Source of the DNA: a bacterium
Lineage (GTDB): Bacteria > Patescibacteriota > Microgenomatia > Curtissbacterales > GWA2-41-24
NCBI GenBank assembly: GCA_021813125.1
Contig: JAKALT010000001.1
Span: 64,023 to 128,022 of the forward strand
Length of the DNA: 64,000 nucleotides
Direction: 5' to 3'
Shown: positions 28,573-37,784 of the stretch, piece after piece
How the letters are laid out: every line of letters starts with the position of its first letter
Numbering within the stretch: position 1 is the stretch's first letter
Program-made: the position numbers and the translations under genes
Notes under the pieces: model-generated
Seen by the model: the letters and a program-made list of their open reading frames with translations, nothing else
Told to the model about the DNA's origin: nothing
Database searches by the model: none

Positions 28573-29580
28573 ATGAAGACTGATACTGCTGAAAAAATTA
28601 TTGGATATATTGCAATCAACAAACAGGCTCGTGCGCATGATATTGGAAGAATATTTAATATTGGCCAGCCTGCTGTTCATAGACAGCTAAAAAAGCTTGT
28701 AGAACAAGGCACACTTCAAAAAGTAGGCAAACCCCCACTTGTTTTTTACATACTGGCTCCAAAAAACCAAACTGAAAATATTTTGGGTAAGGCATCTATT
28801 TTGGGCAGAAATACAGTTGATTACATAGATAAAAATTATTTGTACATTACTCCTCAGGGAGAATTGCTCTATGGGCTTGAAGGATTTAAGCAGTGGGCTA
28901 AATCTATAAAAGAAGAATCACGCCTTGTGCCTCTGTCGGAAGAATACGTAAAAATGCACACTCAGGCAGAAGTAAGCAGATCTTCCGAAGGATGGATTGA
29001 TGCAACGCATAAAATCAAAACTACTTTTTTTGAAAATGCTATAACAAAACTATTTTATGGTGATTTTTACAGTATTCCAAAATTTGGAAAAACAAAGTTG
29101 GGTAATTTAGTTTTGTATTCTAAACAATCTCAAAACAGAGAACTTATTGATAAAGCAGTGGAGGAAGTAAAACCAATTATTGATCAAATAATTGCAATGT
29201 ATAACATTGACACTATTGCCTTTGCCCCTCCAAGCTTACCTCGGAAACTGCAATTCATGCAGGAATTTGCTGATAGGCTTAATATAAATCTACCTAAAAT
29301 TCACTTGGTAAAGTTATACAAGGGAAATATTATTGTTGCTCAAAAATCACTCGCTGGCCTTGAAGAAAGAATAACGAATGCTAGGGATACAATTTATCTG
29401 AAGTCGCAGGTTCCCATAAACGCCCGAAATATCCTGTTAATTGATGACGCGGTAGGATCTGGAGCAACTTTAAATGAGATTGCAAAGAAGCTTCAAGCCA
29501 GCAATACTAATAAAAAAACAATTATCGGGTTTGCAATTGTTGGAAGTGTAAAAGGATTTGAAGTTATCAGAGAAATCTAA
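28573..29580 (+). CDS. Winged-HTH fused to ComF-like phosphoribosyltransferase
   Basis: N-terminal AHDIGRIFNIGQPAVHRQLKKLVEQG; PRPP-binding ILLIDDAVGSGATL. Confidence 0.85.
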   Translation: MKTDTAEKIIGYIAINKQARAHDIGRIFNIGQPAVHRQLKKLVEQGTLQKVGKPPLVFYILAPKNQTENILGKASILGRNTVDYIDKNYLYITPQGELLYGLEGFKQWAKSIKEESRLVPLSEEYVKMHTQAEVSRSSEGWIDATHKIKTTFFENAITKLFYGDFYSIPKFGKTKLGNLVLYSKQSQNRELIDKAVEEVKPIIDQIIAMYNIDTIAFAPPSLPRKLQFMQEFADRLNINLPKIHLVKLYKGNIIVAQKSLAGLEERITNARDTIYLKSQVPINARNILLIDDAVGSGATLNEIAKKLQASNTNKKTIIGFAIVGSVKGFEVIREI

Positions 29581-29848
29581 ACACTACAATATTTTAAAGA
29601 TATTCAATCCGTATTGTAATTTTTTATGGAAACCTTCTTTTAAGAAAAAGTCGGATAAATGAATTTTTTTAAAAAAACTACTTGGCATTTATATCTTCCC
29701 TTTCTGGTAAGATTATGGAGTCAGAAGTCTTATCACAGATAAAGCCAAGTTTCCTGAGTTTTTCATAAGTGTTGAGGAGACTGGGTTCAATGAGGTTCCA
29801 CCTGCGGGCAACTGTGTCAGCAAGGTTAAATAGTATGTTTACTAAAAA

Positions 29849-30253
29849 ATGAACATATTGGAAACAATTATTATTACGGTATCAAGTGGTTTAATTGGTG
29901 GTTTTATTAGTTATTATTTCACTGAAAAAACTGAAAATTATAAATTTGAATTACTTAAAAAGGAACAGGCAGTAAAAGTCGCCGAATTGTTTGCGTTTTG
30001 GCTAACATGCGACGATGAGACTTTAGCAAAGTTTACTGAAAAAGAAAGAAAGGATCATTGCGAAAAATTAAACAGACTTACTTGGGAATTGGTAATTTGG
30101 ATTCCCGATGAAGATTTGGTAAAAGATATAATGGATAAACTTAGCCATAGCTCAAGAAAAGACATTAAAGAAATAATATTAAACATTAGGAAGCAGATTC
30201 AGAAGAAAAAGGACAGTAAATTAAAGTGGCAAGATTTAGTAAGTTTTAAATAA
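29849..30253 (+). CDS. Hypothetical protein with N-terminal TM segment
   Basis: 134-aa AT-rich ORF. Confidence 0.7.
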   Translation: MNILETIIITVSSGLIGGFISYYFTEKTENYKFELLKKEQAVKVAELFAFWLTCDDETLAKFTEKERKDHCEKLNRLTWELVIWIPDEDLVKDIMDKLSHSSRKDIKEIILNIRKQIQKKKDSKLKWQDLVSFK

Positions 30254-30323
30254 GGAGTACTACAAAGCCTAAATAGGTCTTGACCAACATGCTCAGCAAG
30301 CACGTGCATTTGAGCTAAACTTT

Positions 30324-30986
30324 ATGGACAGTATTGATTACTCCGAACTGAAAGAATTATTTGTAAAATATAAATACAAATTTTCAAATCAATTTTCTCT
30401 TTTGGAAAAAGATCTTTCCGATGAGCTTTTTAATAAGCTAGTCGATCTGGATGATATCAGTCAAGAAATTATAGAGATTGTAGATGAGCTACTCCCTAAA
30501 AATAGAATTGTTCCTGGAAAAAATGGGACAGATATTGTAAATATTGGACCATTCTCACTAACTCTTAAGAGGGCTGATCCGAATGTGCCAATCCAACTCG
30601 ATAATTCGACTGTGGGCTATTCGCGTACCAAAGGAAGTGCATTCTCTACTAAGGAATCAAGGAAAAAAGAGAGAAGGCTTGAAAGGTTATCTTTTGAATT
30701 CTACCGGACAGCAGACAGAATATCTCATATAACTGAAAAATTACCAGGTTTAAAATCATTTAAATGTAATAAGACTAGAATAATAAGAAACCACTTGCTT
30801 GAGCATCCTGAGAGCAAAGATAGTGGAATTACCTATGACTCCTTTGCATACAGTATAAGTGAGGGGCCGTATATTAAAGGTTCAAGGGTAGGAGAACATA
30901 CTCATTTTATGGATGACGGATTCAGAATCAATAGCTTGGATTTTATATCTAATTTAACGAAAACGATTCAAAAAACCCTGGTTTGA
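30324..30986 (+). CDS. Hypothetical protein, possible HEPN-like RNase
   Basis: 220-aa AT-rich ORF containing RNHLLEH (R-x5-H). Confidence 0.6.
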   Translation: MDSIDYSELKELFVKYKYKFSNQFSLLEKDLSDELFNKLVDLDDISQEIIEIVDELLPKNRIVPGKNGTDIVNIGPFSLTLKRADPNVPIQLDNSTVGYSRTKGSAFSTKESRKKERRLERLSFEFYRTADRISHITEKLPGLKSFKCNKTRIIRNHLLEHPESKDSGITYDSFAYSISEGPYIKGSRVGEHTHFMDDGFRINSLDFISNLTKTIQKTLV

Positions 30987-31044
30987 CTAAAAGGGTGCAA
31001 CGGATCCATGCTGGTACGCTTAGCAAAGGTATAAACCTCCTAAT

Positions 31045-31626
31045 TTATACGTAACTCAACAAGTGAGCCAGCTTGTCCTTTTTAGTTCTTAAATAGCTCC
31101 TGTTGACTTCATTTGGAACAACTTCTATTCTCATTCTTTTTACAATTTCTATACCATTTTTAATCAGCTGGTTTTCTTTGTCTGGGTTGTTTGTTAACAA
31201 ATAAATTTTTGTTATTTGTAAATCGCGCAGTATTTCGGCAGCGACTTGATAATCTCGCGCATCAACGGGAAGCCCCAAAAGTTCGTTTGCTTCTATAGTG
31301 TCAAAGCCTTTTTCTTGCAAAGCATAAGCTTTAATTTTGTTAGTGAGGCCGATGCCTCTGCCTTCCTGGTTTAAATAAAGAATAACCCCGCTTCCATTTT
31401 TTTGAATTTCTTCCATACTTTGGGCCAATTGCTCTCCGCAATCGCACTTTAGGGAAGAAAATATGTCGCCGGTTACACAAGAAGAGTGAATTCTGGCAAG
31501 CATTGGATTCTGCACTTGGCCTCTGACAAGCGCAACATGCTCAAGTCCTTTTGAGGATTTATAAACACTCATTCGAAACACTCCGAATTTTGTTGGCAAA
31601 TTAGCACTTGCTGTTTTTCTTATCAT
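31045..31626 (-). CDS. ribA: GTP cyclohydrolase II (stand-alone)
   Basis: RIHSSCVTGD..S.KCDCG, QEGRGIGL.NK, LLTNNPDK. Confidence 0.95.
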   Translation of the reverse strand: MIRKTASANLPTKFGVFRMSVYKSSKGLEHVALVRGQVQNPMLARIHSSCVTGDIFSSLKCDCGEQLAQSMEEIQKNGSGVILYLNQEGRGIGLTNKIKAYALQEKGFDTIEANELLGLPVDARDYQVAAEILRDLQITKIYLLTNNPDKENQLIKNGIEIVKRMRIEVVPNEVNRSYLRTKKDKLAHLLSYV

Positions 31627-31628
31627 AT

Positions 31629-32348
31629 TTATTTGTATTCTCCGTAGTCTTCCGATTTTATAAAAAGTGAATCTACACCCATTGATGCCAGAAGTTCTGA
31701 CATTGCACTGACCATGCCGGTCGGCCCCGCAAGATAAAACAAAGTCTCTCCAATTTTCGGCACGTACTTTTTCACTGCTTCCTCAGAAATGTAACCCAGT
31801 TCACCTTGCCATGTGCTCAATTTTTCCTGGGTTATAAACGGAATGAAATTAAAGTTTTCGTTCTCTTTTGCAAGCTGTCTTAAGTCCGCCAAAAATGCCG
31901 TTTGTGCAACAGTTCTATTTGAATAAAAAAGGAATATTTTCTGAGCACTTTTTTCGTAACTTGCCTGTCTGATCATGGACATAAACGGTGTTATCCCAAT
32001 TCCTCCGGCTAAAAAAACAAGAGGACGCCGCAAATCTTGGGGAAGAACCATTGAACCTCTGGGATTTTTGATATCGATTTCCAAACCCAAACCTGCACCT
32101 TTTAAATTTCGCTTGAACGCACTGTCCCGCATACGTGATGCAAATCCAACCTCATTACCCGAAGGAATAGTTATAAAAGAAAACGTTCTGCTATCTCCTT
32201 CTGCATCCGTTTCCTTTGGCTTAGCAATTTGAAAAGTCGCATGCTGGCCGGCGACGAAGCTAAAATCTTTGGGTTTTTCCAAATAAAACGCCATGGTCCC
32301 TTCTGCAATTTGCTTTTTTCTAACAAGCTTAGATTTAAAATCAGACAT
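31629..32348 (-). CDS. Ferredoxin-NADP reductase-like FAD/NAD(P)-binding oxidoreductase
   Basis: F.AGQH, RTFS, LAGGIGITPFMSM, YLAGP. Confidence 0.9.
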   Translation of the reverse strand: MSDFKSKLVRKKQIAEGTMAFYLEKPKDFSFVAGQHATFQIAKPKETDAEGDSRTFSFITIPSGNEVGFASRMRDSAFKRNLKGAGLGLEIDIKNPRGSMVLPQDLRRPLVFLAGGIGITPFMSMIRQASYEKSAQKIFLFYSNRTVAQTAFLADLRQLAKENENFNFIPFITQEKLSTWQGELGYISEEAVKKYVPKIGETLFYLAGPTGMVSAMSELLASMGVDSLFIKSEDYGEYK

Positions 32349-32350
32349 AG

Positions 32351-32683
32351 CTATCTCCTTTGTTCTTTTAAAATTGTTTTTACAATAGACATTACAATTG
32401 GATCGTCTTTTTTAATTCTGTAATAAACCGTTTGGGCGATTTTTTCTCTGCTGACTAAACCGGATTGCTCTAGAATTTTCAGCTGCTGGGAAATTGCGGG
32501 AAGAGTCATACTCATAATATGAGCAATATCGGATACTTTTACGTCTCCACGGGTTACCATCAAAAGCCGAAAAATTCGGCACCTCGTCGGATCGCTCACG
32601 GCGTTAAAAAGGATAGGCAACCTGTCTTGGCCTGTTACAATAGTTTTTTTAATTATTCTTATTTGTTGGTTTGTTAAAGGCAT
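32351..32683 (-). CDS. ArsR/SmtB-family transcriptional regulator
   Basis: FNAVSDPTRCRI..V.DIA..AISQQLKILEQSGLV..VYY. Confidence 0.9.
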   Translation of the reverse strand: MPLTNQQIRIIKKTIVTGQDRLPILFNAVSDPTRCRIFRLLMVTRGDVKVSDIAHIMSMTLPAISQQLKILEQSGLVSREKIAQTVYYRIKKDDPIVMSIVKTILKEQRR

Positions 32684-32716
32684 AATTTAAATGTTAATTA
32701 GTTAAGCAACTACTGA

Positions 32717-32745
32717 ATTATAGAAGACAGAAGTTATTATGTCAA
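32717..32745 (-). promoter_or_regulatory. Consensus sigma70 promoter for arsR-FNR-ribA
   Basis: Minus strand TTGACA-N17-TATAAT; imperfect palindrome ATTCAGTAGTTGCTTAACT at the transcription start region may be the ArsR operator. Confidence 0.75.
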
Positions 32746-32797
32746 CAGTTAATGCGTACTGTTGAAACAGTTTGCATTTAGTGCTATATACTAAATT

Positions 32798-32989
32798 ATG
32801 GCAAAAGAATGGAAAGGGGCAGGCGGTAGTGCAGGCGGCGGAGCCGTTTATGGTTTAGGATTAATCGGCGCAATTATTTACTACCTCCAGCACGCCACAA
32901 CTTTTTCTCAAGGCTTACTCGGAATCGTAAAAGCCATTTTCTGGCCGGCTTTTTTTGTTTACAAAATCTTCGAATTCTTAAAACTCTAA
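32798..32989 (+). CDS. Small membrane protein
   Basis: 63 aa, GAVYGLGLIGA..KAIFWP; -10 TATACT 5 nt upstream. Confidence 0.75.
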   Translation: MAKEWKGAGGSAGGGAVYGLGLIGAIIYYLQHATTFSQGLLGIVKAIFWPAFFVYKIFEFLKL

Positions 32990-33040
32990 GATTTTCAAAA
33001 AACTTGACCGTAAGTGCTAAAAGTGGGATTATAACTTCCA

Positions 33041-33637
33041 ATGGACGAGCAAATCCAACCACCACAATCTCAATCGCTACCTCAGCCACAACCTCAGCCG
33101 GAGCCTCAACCTCAACCCCAAAATCAATTACCGCCAAAAGGGGGTAACCGTAAAATTGTAGTTGCCGCAATTTTAATTATCCTAATTGCAGCAGGTGCCA
33201 TTATCTATTATTTTGTTTTCAGCAAAAAACTCCAAAAAGCACCTAAACAAGAATTAAACCAAACAACTCAGCAGAACGGTTCCGAATCCGCAAGGATCCA
33301 TGGTCCGGAAATCACAAATTTAGTCATGACCAAAATTGACTCCCAAAAAGGCGCCTATTTAATAGACAAAAAGGGTATGACATTATACGTTTTCGACAAA
33401 GACCAGCTTGGTAAAAGCACCTGCAGTGATACTTGCCTTACCAATTGGCCAATTTTCGAATCTCCTAAACCTGCGCCCGAAAATCTAGAAGGAGAAATCG
33501 GCATCACCAAAGCCACAAACGGAAAATATATGTACACTTACAAAGGAAAGCCGCTTTATTATTACGCCCAGGACAAACTATCCGGAGACACAAAAGGCGA
33601 TGGTGTCAGCGGCGTCTGGCACCTGGCCAAACCGTAA
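33041..33637 (+). CDS. COG4315/Lipoprotein_15-like secreted repeat protein with N-terminal PQ repeats
   Basis: GMTLYVFDKD, C...C..NWP, YKGKPLYYY..D..GD.KGDGV.GVWH. Confidence 0.85.
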   Translation: MDEQIQPPQSQSLPQPQPQPEPQPQPQNQLPPKGGNRKIVVAAILIILIAAGAIIYYFVFSKKLQKAPKQELNQTTQQNGSESARIHGPEITNLVMTKIDSQKGAYLIDKKGMTLYVFDKDQLGKSTCSDTCLTNWPIFESPKPAPENLEGEIGITKATNGKYMYTYKGKPLYYYAQDKLSGDTKGDGVSGVWHLAKP

Positions 33638-33681
33638 AGGATAATCTAACATTTCCAAAATCGACAATAGGCGAAACGACA

Positions 33682-33729
33682 AAGGCCAGGCCTTGGCCTA
33701 GGCCGACACTCAGAAAAAGGCCTGACCTT
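33682..33729. repeat. Palindromic repeat element copy 5 (intergenic, upstream of ribH)
   Basis: AAGGCCAGGCCTT-N22-AAGGCCTGACCTT. Confidence 0.88.
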
Positions 33730-33779
33730 AACCCAAACGCCTTGACAAAAGATTTCGCCCTCTCTAAACTTTCCAGGCT

Positions 33780-34196
33780 ATGCAAAACAGGAAAAAATCA
33801 ATTGCAATTGTCGCAACAAGCTTTCACAAAAAGCATATAGACGTGATGCTGGCGGCAGCCAAAAAAGTTGCAGCGCAAAAAAATCTCAAAATCAAAAAGG
33901 AAGTTTGGGTTCCAGGGTCACTCGAAACCCCACTTACCCTTCAAAAAATCCTCAAATTAAAAGAAGTAGACGGCGCAGTAGTCTTAGGCCTTATTGAGCG
34001 TGGTCAGACAAAACACGGCCTTGTTATGGGTATGGCGGTAATCTCTGCCATAATCGATATCCAAATCAAACTGGAAAAACCAATCGGTGTAGGTATTCTC
34101 GGACCGGAAATCCTGCCAACCCAAATAAAACCTCGTCTAAGACGCTATGCCGAGGATGCTGTCATAGCAGTTTGGGAAATGCTAAACCTCAAGTAA
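33780..34196 (+). CDS. ribH: 6,7-dimethyl-8-ribityllumazine synthase
   Basis: IAIV..SF, VPGSLETP, DGAVVLG..ERGQTKH, PIGVGIL. Confidence 0.88.
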   Translation: MQNRKKSIAIVATSFHKKHIDVMLAAAKKVAAQKNLKIKKEVWVPGSLETPLTLQKILKLKEVDGAVVLGLIERGQTKHGLVMGMAVISAIIDIQIKLEKPIGVGILGPEILPTQIKPRLRRYAEDAVIAVWEMLNLK

Positions 34197-34199
34197 TTT

Positions 34200-34565
34200 A
34201 TGCACCAGAAAATTCTCAGGGGAAAAGTCATAAAAGGTAAAAACAGAGGAACAGATCTTGGATTTCCGACGGCAAATATCAACCTCCATCGAAGAATCTC
34301 TGAAGGCATTTACATCTCAAGTTCTAAGGTCGGATCAAAAAGCTATCCGTCACTTACCTTTATCGGCACTGCCAAAACTTTCGGGGAAAAAGAAGTCCGC
34401 GCCGAAACTTATTTTTTGTCTAAAGTCGGCAATATTTATGGTAAGTGGCTAAGCGTAAAACTTATTAAAAAAATCAGGAATAACCAAAAATTCAATTCGG
34501 AAAAAGATTTAGTTGTGCAAATGGAAAAAGACAAAATTGAAGCGCAAAAATATTTTAAAATATAG
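34200..34565 (+). CDS. ribF: Riboflavin kinase (monofunctional; RibF C-terminal domain only)
   Basis: GKVIKGKNRG..LGFPTAN, ETYF, YG, IRN..KF; 121 aa. Confidence 0.88.
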   Translation: MHQKILRGKVIKGKNRGTDLGFPTANINLHRRISEGIYISSSKVGSKSYPSLTFIGTAKTFGEKEVRAETYFLSKVGNIYGKWLSVKLIKKIRNNQKFNSEKDLVVQMEKDKIEAQKYFKI

Positions 34566-34567
34566 CT

Positions 34568-35152
34568 ATGTTTAGCGGAATAGTCGAACAAACAGCAAAA
34601 GCAGACAACATCAAAAAAGAAAAAGGCGGTCTCAGGCTTTTTTTTAAAAGCTCCAAAAGTTTTAAAGTTAAAGTTGGGGAGAGCGTTTCTGCAGACGGTG
34701 TCTGCTCAACCGTCGAAAAAGCAAGCGGAGCCACTCTCAGCTTTTTTTACATGCCCGAAACGCTAAAAAAGACAACATTTTCCAATCTGCCAAATTCCCA
34801 TCAGTTCAACCTCGAAAGACCCTTAAAACTCCAAGACCTTGTCAGCGGACATTTAGTCAGTGGCCACATTGACACAACTGCCCAAGTATCCTCTGTTAAA
34901 AAAGGAAAAGATTCAACTATTCTAAAGTTCAAAATTGCACCAAAATTTACCAAATACATAATCTACAAAGGTTCAATTGCCGTAAACGGAGTAAGTTTAA
35001 CGGTAGTGTCCGTAAATAAAAATCAGTTTTCCGTATCTCTCATTCCATACACTCTTTCACACACAAATCTCGGTCAGCTGAAAGTGGGAAATAGGGTCAA
35101 TATCGAAATTGATCAAGTTGCCAAGTACCTCGAAAAGCTAATCAATAAATAA
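34568..35152 (+). CDS. ribE: Riboflavin synthase
   Basis: MFSGIVE, DGVCST, NLERPL, GHLVSGHID, KGSIAVNGVSLTV, VNIEID. Confidence 0.95.
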   Translation: MFSGIVEQTAKADNIKKEKGGLRLFFKSSKSFKVKVGESVSADGVCSTVEKASGATLSFFYMPETLKKTTFSNLPNSHQFNLERPLKLQDLVSGHLVSGHIDTTAQVSSVKKGKDSTILKFKIAPKFTKYIIYKGSIAVNGVSLTVVSVNKNQFSVSLIPYTLSHTNLGQLKVGNRVNIEIDQVAKYLEKLINK

Positions 35153-35204
35153 AAGCAGACCCAATTTTCATTTGCTATAATGTATAGCTTCAAGGAAGTA
35201 TTAT

Positions 35205-35987
35205 ATGCCCGAACGACTTCAAACAACTGCCGAGTCCCCCAACCCAAAAGGTATAGAATTCTTTGGTTTTAATCCAAGACAGAAATCTTTAGTCAGGGAG
35301 GGTGTGGAAGATATTGGAATGCCGACCGACAATATCAGAAGCTTCACTTCAAAAAAACCAAAAAAAGGAGAGGAGAACATAAGGGGAGTTTATGACCCCG
35401 AGGCCCAGGACGTCGGATTATTTGAACCACCCGAAGGTGAACCCCCTATAGCCCAGCAAAAAACTCTTGTTCATGAAATTTCTCATAGCAACAGCCCATT
35501 TAACCCTAGAAACGAGGGTATCTATGGAGGCCAGCGGGAACAGGCAGAAGCCAGGATGCATGTGATCTCAATAGCAAAACAATCAATCACAACCAGAAAA
35601 TATTTAAATGGATACCAAGCGTACTTGCATCAGCTACTAGAAAGAAAAGAAATAGATTTCGTCCGCTTCGTTGAGGAGACCCATGCGATTATGGTCGAGC
35701 TAAGATTTACAAATCCAAACCATTTAATGGAGATAGAAAAAGCTCAATTTGACGAAATTAGGAGAATAAATGGCAGAAAGCCAAATGCAGGAATTCGCCC
35801 GGTTGCCATTTTAACAAGTGACATTGACGCCAAGAAGGGCAATCTTGTGGGCGTCGACAGGACCATATCAAGGCTCATTCCTAAGTTAAAAACAAGAAAG
35901 GATATTGACAATCATGTTGCAAGTGTAAGGCAGAAATTCCTAGAACGAGGGCCAATTTTTTCAAATCAGTTAAGGAAAGCAGCTTAA
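35205..35987 (+). CDS. Hypothetical HExxH (zincin-like) protein
   Basis: IRGVY..., TLVHEISH, downstream EETHA. Confidence 0.65.
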   Translation: MPERLQTTAESPNPKGIEFFGFNPRQKSLVREGVEDIGMPTDNIRSFTSKKPKKGEENIRGVYDPEAQDVGLFEPPEGEPPIAQQKTLVHEISHSNSPFNPRNEGIYGGQREQAEARMHVISIAKQSITTRKYLNGYQAYLHQLLERKEIDFVRFVEETHAIMVELRFTNPNHLMEIEKAQFDEIRRINGRKPNAGIRPVAILTSDIDAKKGNLVGVDRTISRLIPKLKTRKDIDNHVASVRQKFLERGPIFSNQLRKAA

Positions 35988-36527
35988 ATGGAACGTGAAC
36001 CCCAGCCGCAGCCACCGATTGTAAGGTACACCGAAGCTGCCAAAGAGTATGCGGCTAAAGAGGCCGAAAATAGTCCTCAATTTAAAATGGCGGTTGCAGA
36101 AATTGGCAGGAATCTTGGTTCGGACCAAAATCCCAAGGCTAAAGAAGCCGCCGAAAACTTAATCAAACAGGGGATCGGCATGATTACGCATAAAATCAGC
36201 ATGCTGCCAGCATTCGCTAATCCCGAAAACCGCGCCCAAATAATGGAAAAGCTTAAAAAAGACAAAGTTGAAGGTGCCTGGATAGACATTTTAAACAACT
36301 GGGATATCAACAGGGATCGTTATGGGGTCAATGTCCTCCAAAGATGTAAAGATGCCGATCTCGAAGAACTTATGGCAAAAGCACGAAGCGAAAAAGACCC
36401 AAACAAGAAAAAACAAATCGAAATCCAGGCAAAAGCGATAGAAAAAGGACAAGATCTGATAATCAACTTCTATATTGCCCGGACAAACGAAGAACCGTCT
36501 CAAAGGCCGCTCTTAATGGCTGCCTAA
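35988..36527 (+). CDS. Hypothetical helical protein, coupled to the preceding gene
   Basis: 179-aa ORF with TAAATG junction. Confidence 0.65.
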   Translation: MEREPQPQPPIVRYTEAAKEYAAKEAENSPQFKMAVAEIGRNLGSDQNPKAKEAAENLIKQGIGMITHKISMLPAFANPENRAQIMEKLKKDKVEGAWIDILNNWDINRDRYGVNVLQRCKDADLEELMAKARSEKDPNKKKQIEIQAKAIEKGQDLIINFYIARTNEEPSQRPLLMAA

Positions 36528-37249
36528 ATTAAGCGCGTAATTCCAAAAATAAAAAGTATTCCCGCTAAAGTGAGCCCAATCATCCTATAAGAACTGTGTT
36601 TGCTGTGTGCTTCCGGCAACATATCGCTTGCACCGATATAAAGTAGGAAACCGGCAAAAAACCCAAGATAAAGTACAAGCGTTTTTTCGGAGATTGTAAA
36701 AAGTAAAGTTGAAAGCGCGCCGGCAATTGGAGCCACAGCGTCTAAAACCAGAAACTTCAGTGCTTTTTCCCTTGTATTCTTATGTGTAAGCATCAAAGTA
36801 ACCGTATTTAAACCGTCCGAAAAATCATGTGAAATTACCGCTATTGCAATTAGAAACCCTACCTGTTGGCTCACATGAAACCCAAGGCCGATCCCGACTC
36901 CGTCTAAAAAGCTATGGACAGCCAGTCCGCTCGCTCCCACAAGTCCGACGGTCGGATGCTTATGGATTGCGTATTCTTCTTCATGTCCGTGATGGATTAG
37001 AATTGTTTTTTCAAGTACATGGAATGCAATAAACCCACCCACTATCGCTATTGTAAATGGCGTGATGCTTAAATTATTTTCGGAAATAATTTTGAATGCT
37101 TCCGGCAAAATGTCAAAAAAACAAACTGCAAGAAGGACTCCTGCCGTAAAACTCATCACATAATGAAGTCTGTGGTGGTTTTTTAGTGCAAAAATCCCGC
37201 CAAAAGCCGTTGAAACAAAAGTCAAAAATGAAAATAGAATAGCTTCCAC
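36524..37249 (-). CDS. ZIP-family divalent metal transporter
   Basis: AGVLL...F.DILPEA, HHGHEE loop, HSFLDG, HDFSDG, LPEAH. Confidence 0.92.
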   Translation of the reverse strand: MEAILFSFLTFVSTAFGGIFALKNHHRLHYVMSFTAGVLLAVCFFDILPEAFKIISENNLSITPFTIAIVGGFIAFHVLEKTILIHHGHEEEYAIHKHPTVGLVGASGLAVHSFLDGVGIGLGFHVSQQVGFLIAIAVISHDFSDGLNTVTLMLTHKNTREKALKFLVLDAVAPIAGALSTLLFTISEKTLVLYLGFFAGFLLYIGASDMLPEAHSKHSSYRMIGLTLAGILFIFGITRLI

Positions 37250-37316
37250 TTCACGCTCATTCTTGCAAATACAAACTTTTGTGTCAAATAATACGCGGCT
37301 TTGATAGAATGAGAAA

Positions 37317-37784
37317 GTGGATGTGTTTGTAGTTCTCAGCGCAAAATATTTGTATCTTTTGATAATTTTAATTGCAGTAGGGTGGGTCTATTTTAGGGAA
37401 AAAGACAAAATCATAAACATTGCAAAACTTGTTGCAACTTCTTTCCCAATAGCATACATTGTTGCCAAAATTATCGGCCACTTTTACTACAACGCTCGTC
37501 CTTTTGTAGTTGAAAATGTTAAACCCTTAATAGACCATGCGGCAAACAACGGCTTTCCTTCGGACCACACCTTGCTTTCTACAACTATCTCTGCAGTCGT
37601 TTTCGTATATAACCGGAAACTGGGAATTTTACTGGTAGTACTTTCACTGGCAACAGGTTATGCCAGAGTTGCAGCCAGAATTCATCATCAAATAGATATT
37701 CTTGCAGCAGCAACAATCGCAATATGTGCAGTATATTTGTCAGTTAAAATTTTAAAAAAATTAGGAGTTAAATTTGGCGGATAA
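37317..37784 (+). CDS. PAP2-family phosphatase (BcrC-like undecaprenyl-PP phosphatase)
   Basis: K......RP, FPSDH, RV...IH...D. Confidence 0.88.
   Translation: MDVFVVLSAKYLYLLIILIAVGWVYFREKDKIINIAKLVATSFPIAYIVAKIIGHFYYNARPFVVENVKPLIDHAANNGFPSDHTLLSTTISAVVFVYNRKLGILLVVLSLATGYARVAARIHHQIDILAAATIAICAVYLSVKILKKLGVKFGG

Noticed and set aside
28376-31044. Intact prophage or integrative element at tRNA-Gln
   Set aside because: No integrase, phage genes or duplicated tRNA 3' end seen
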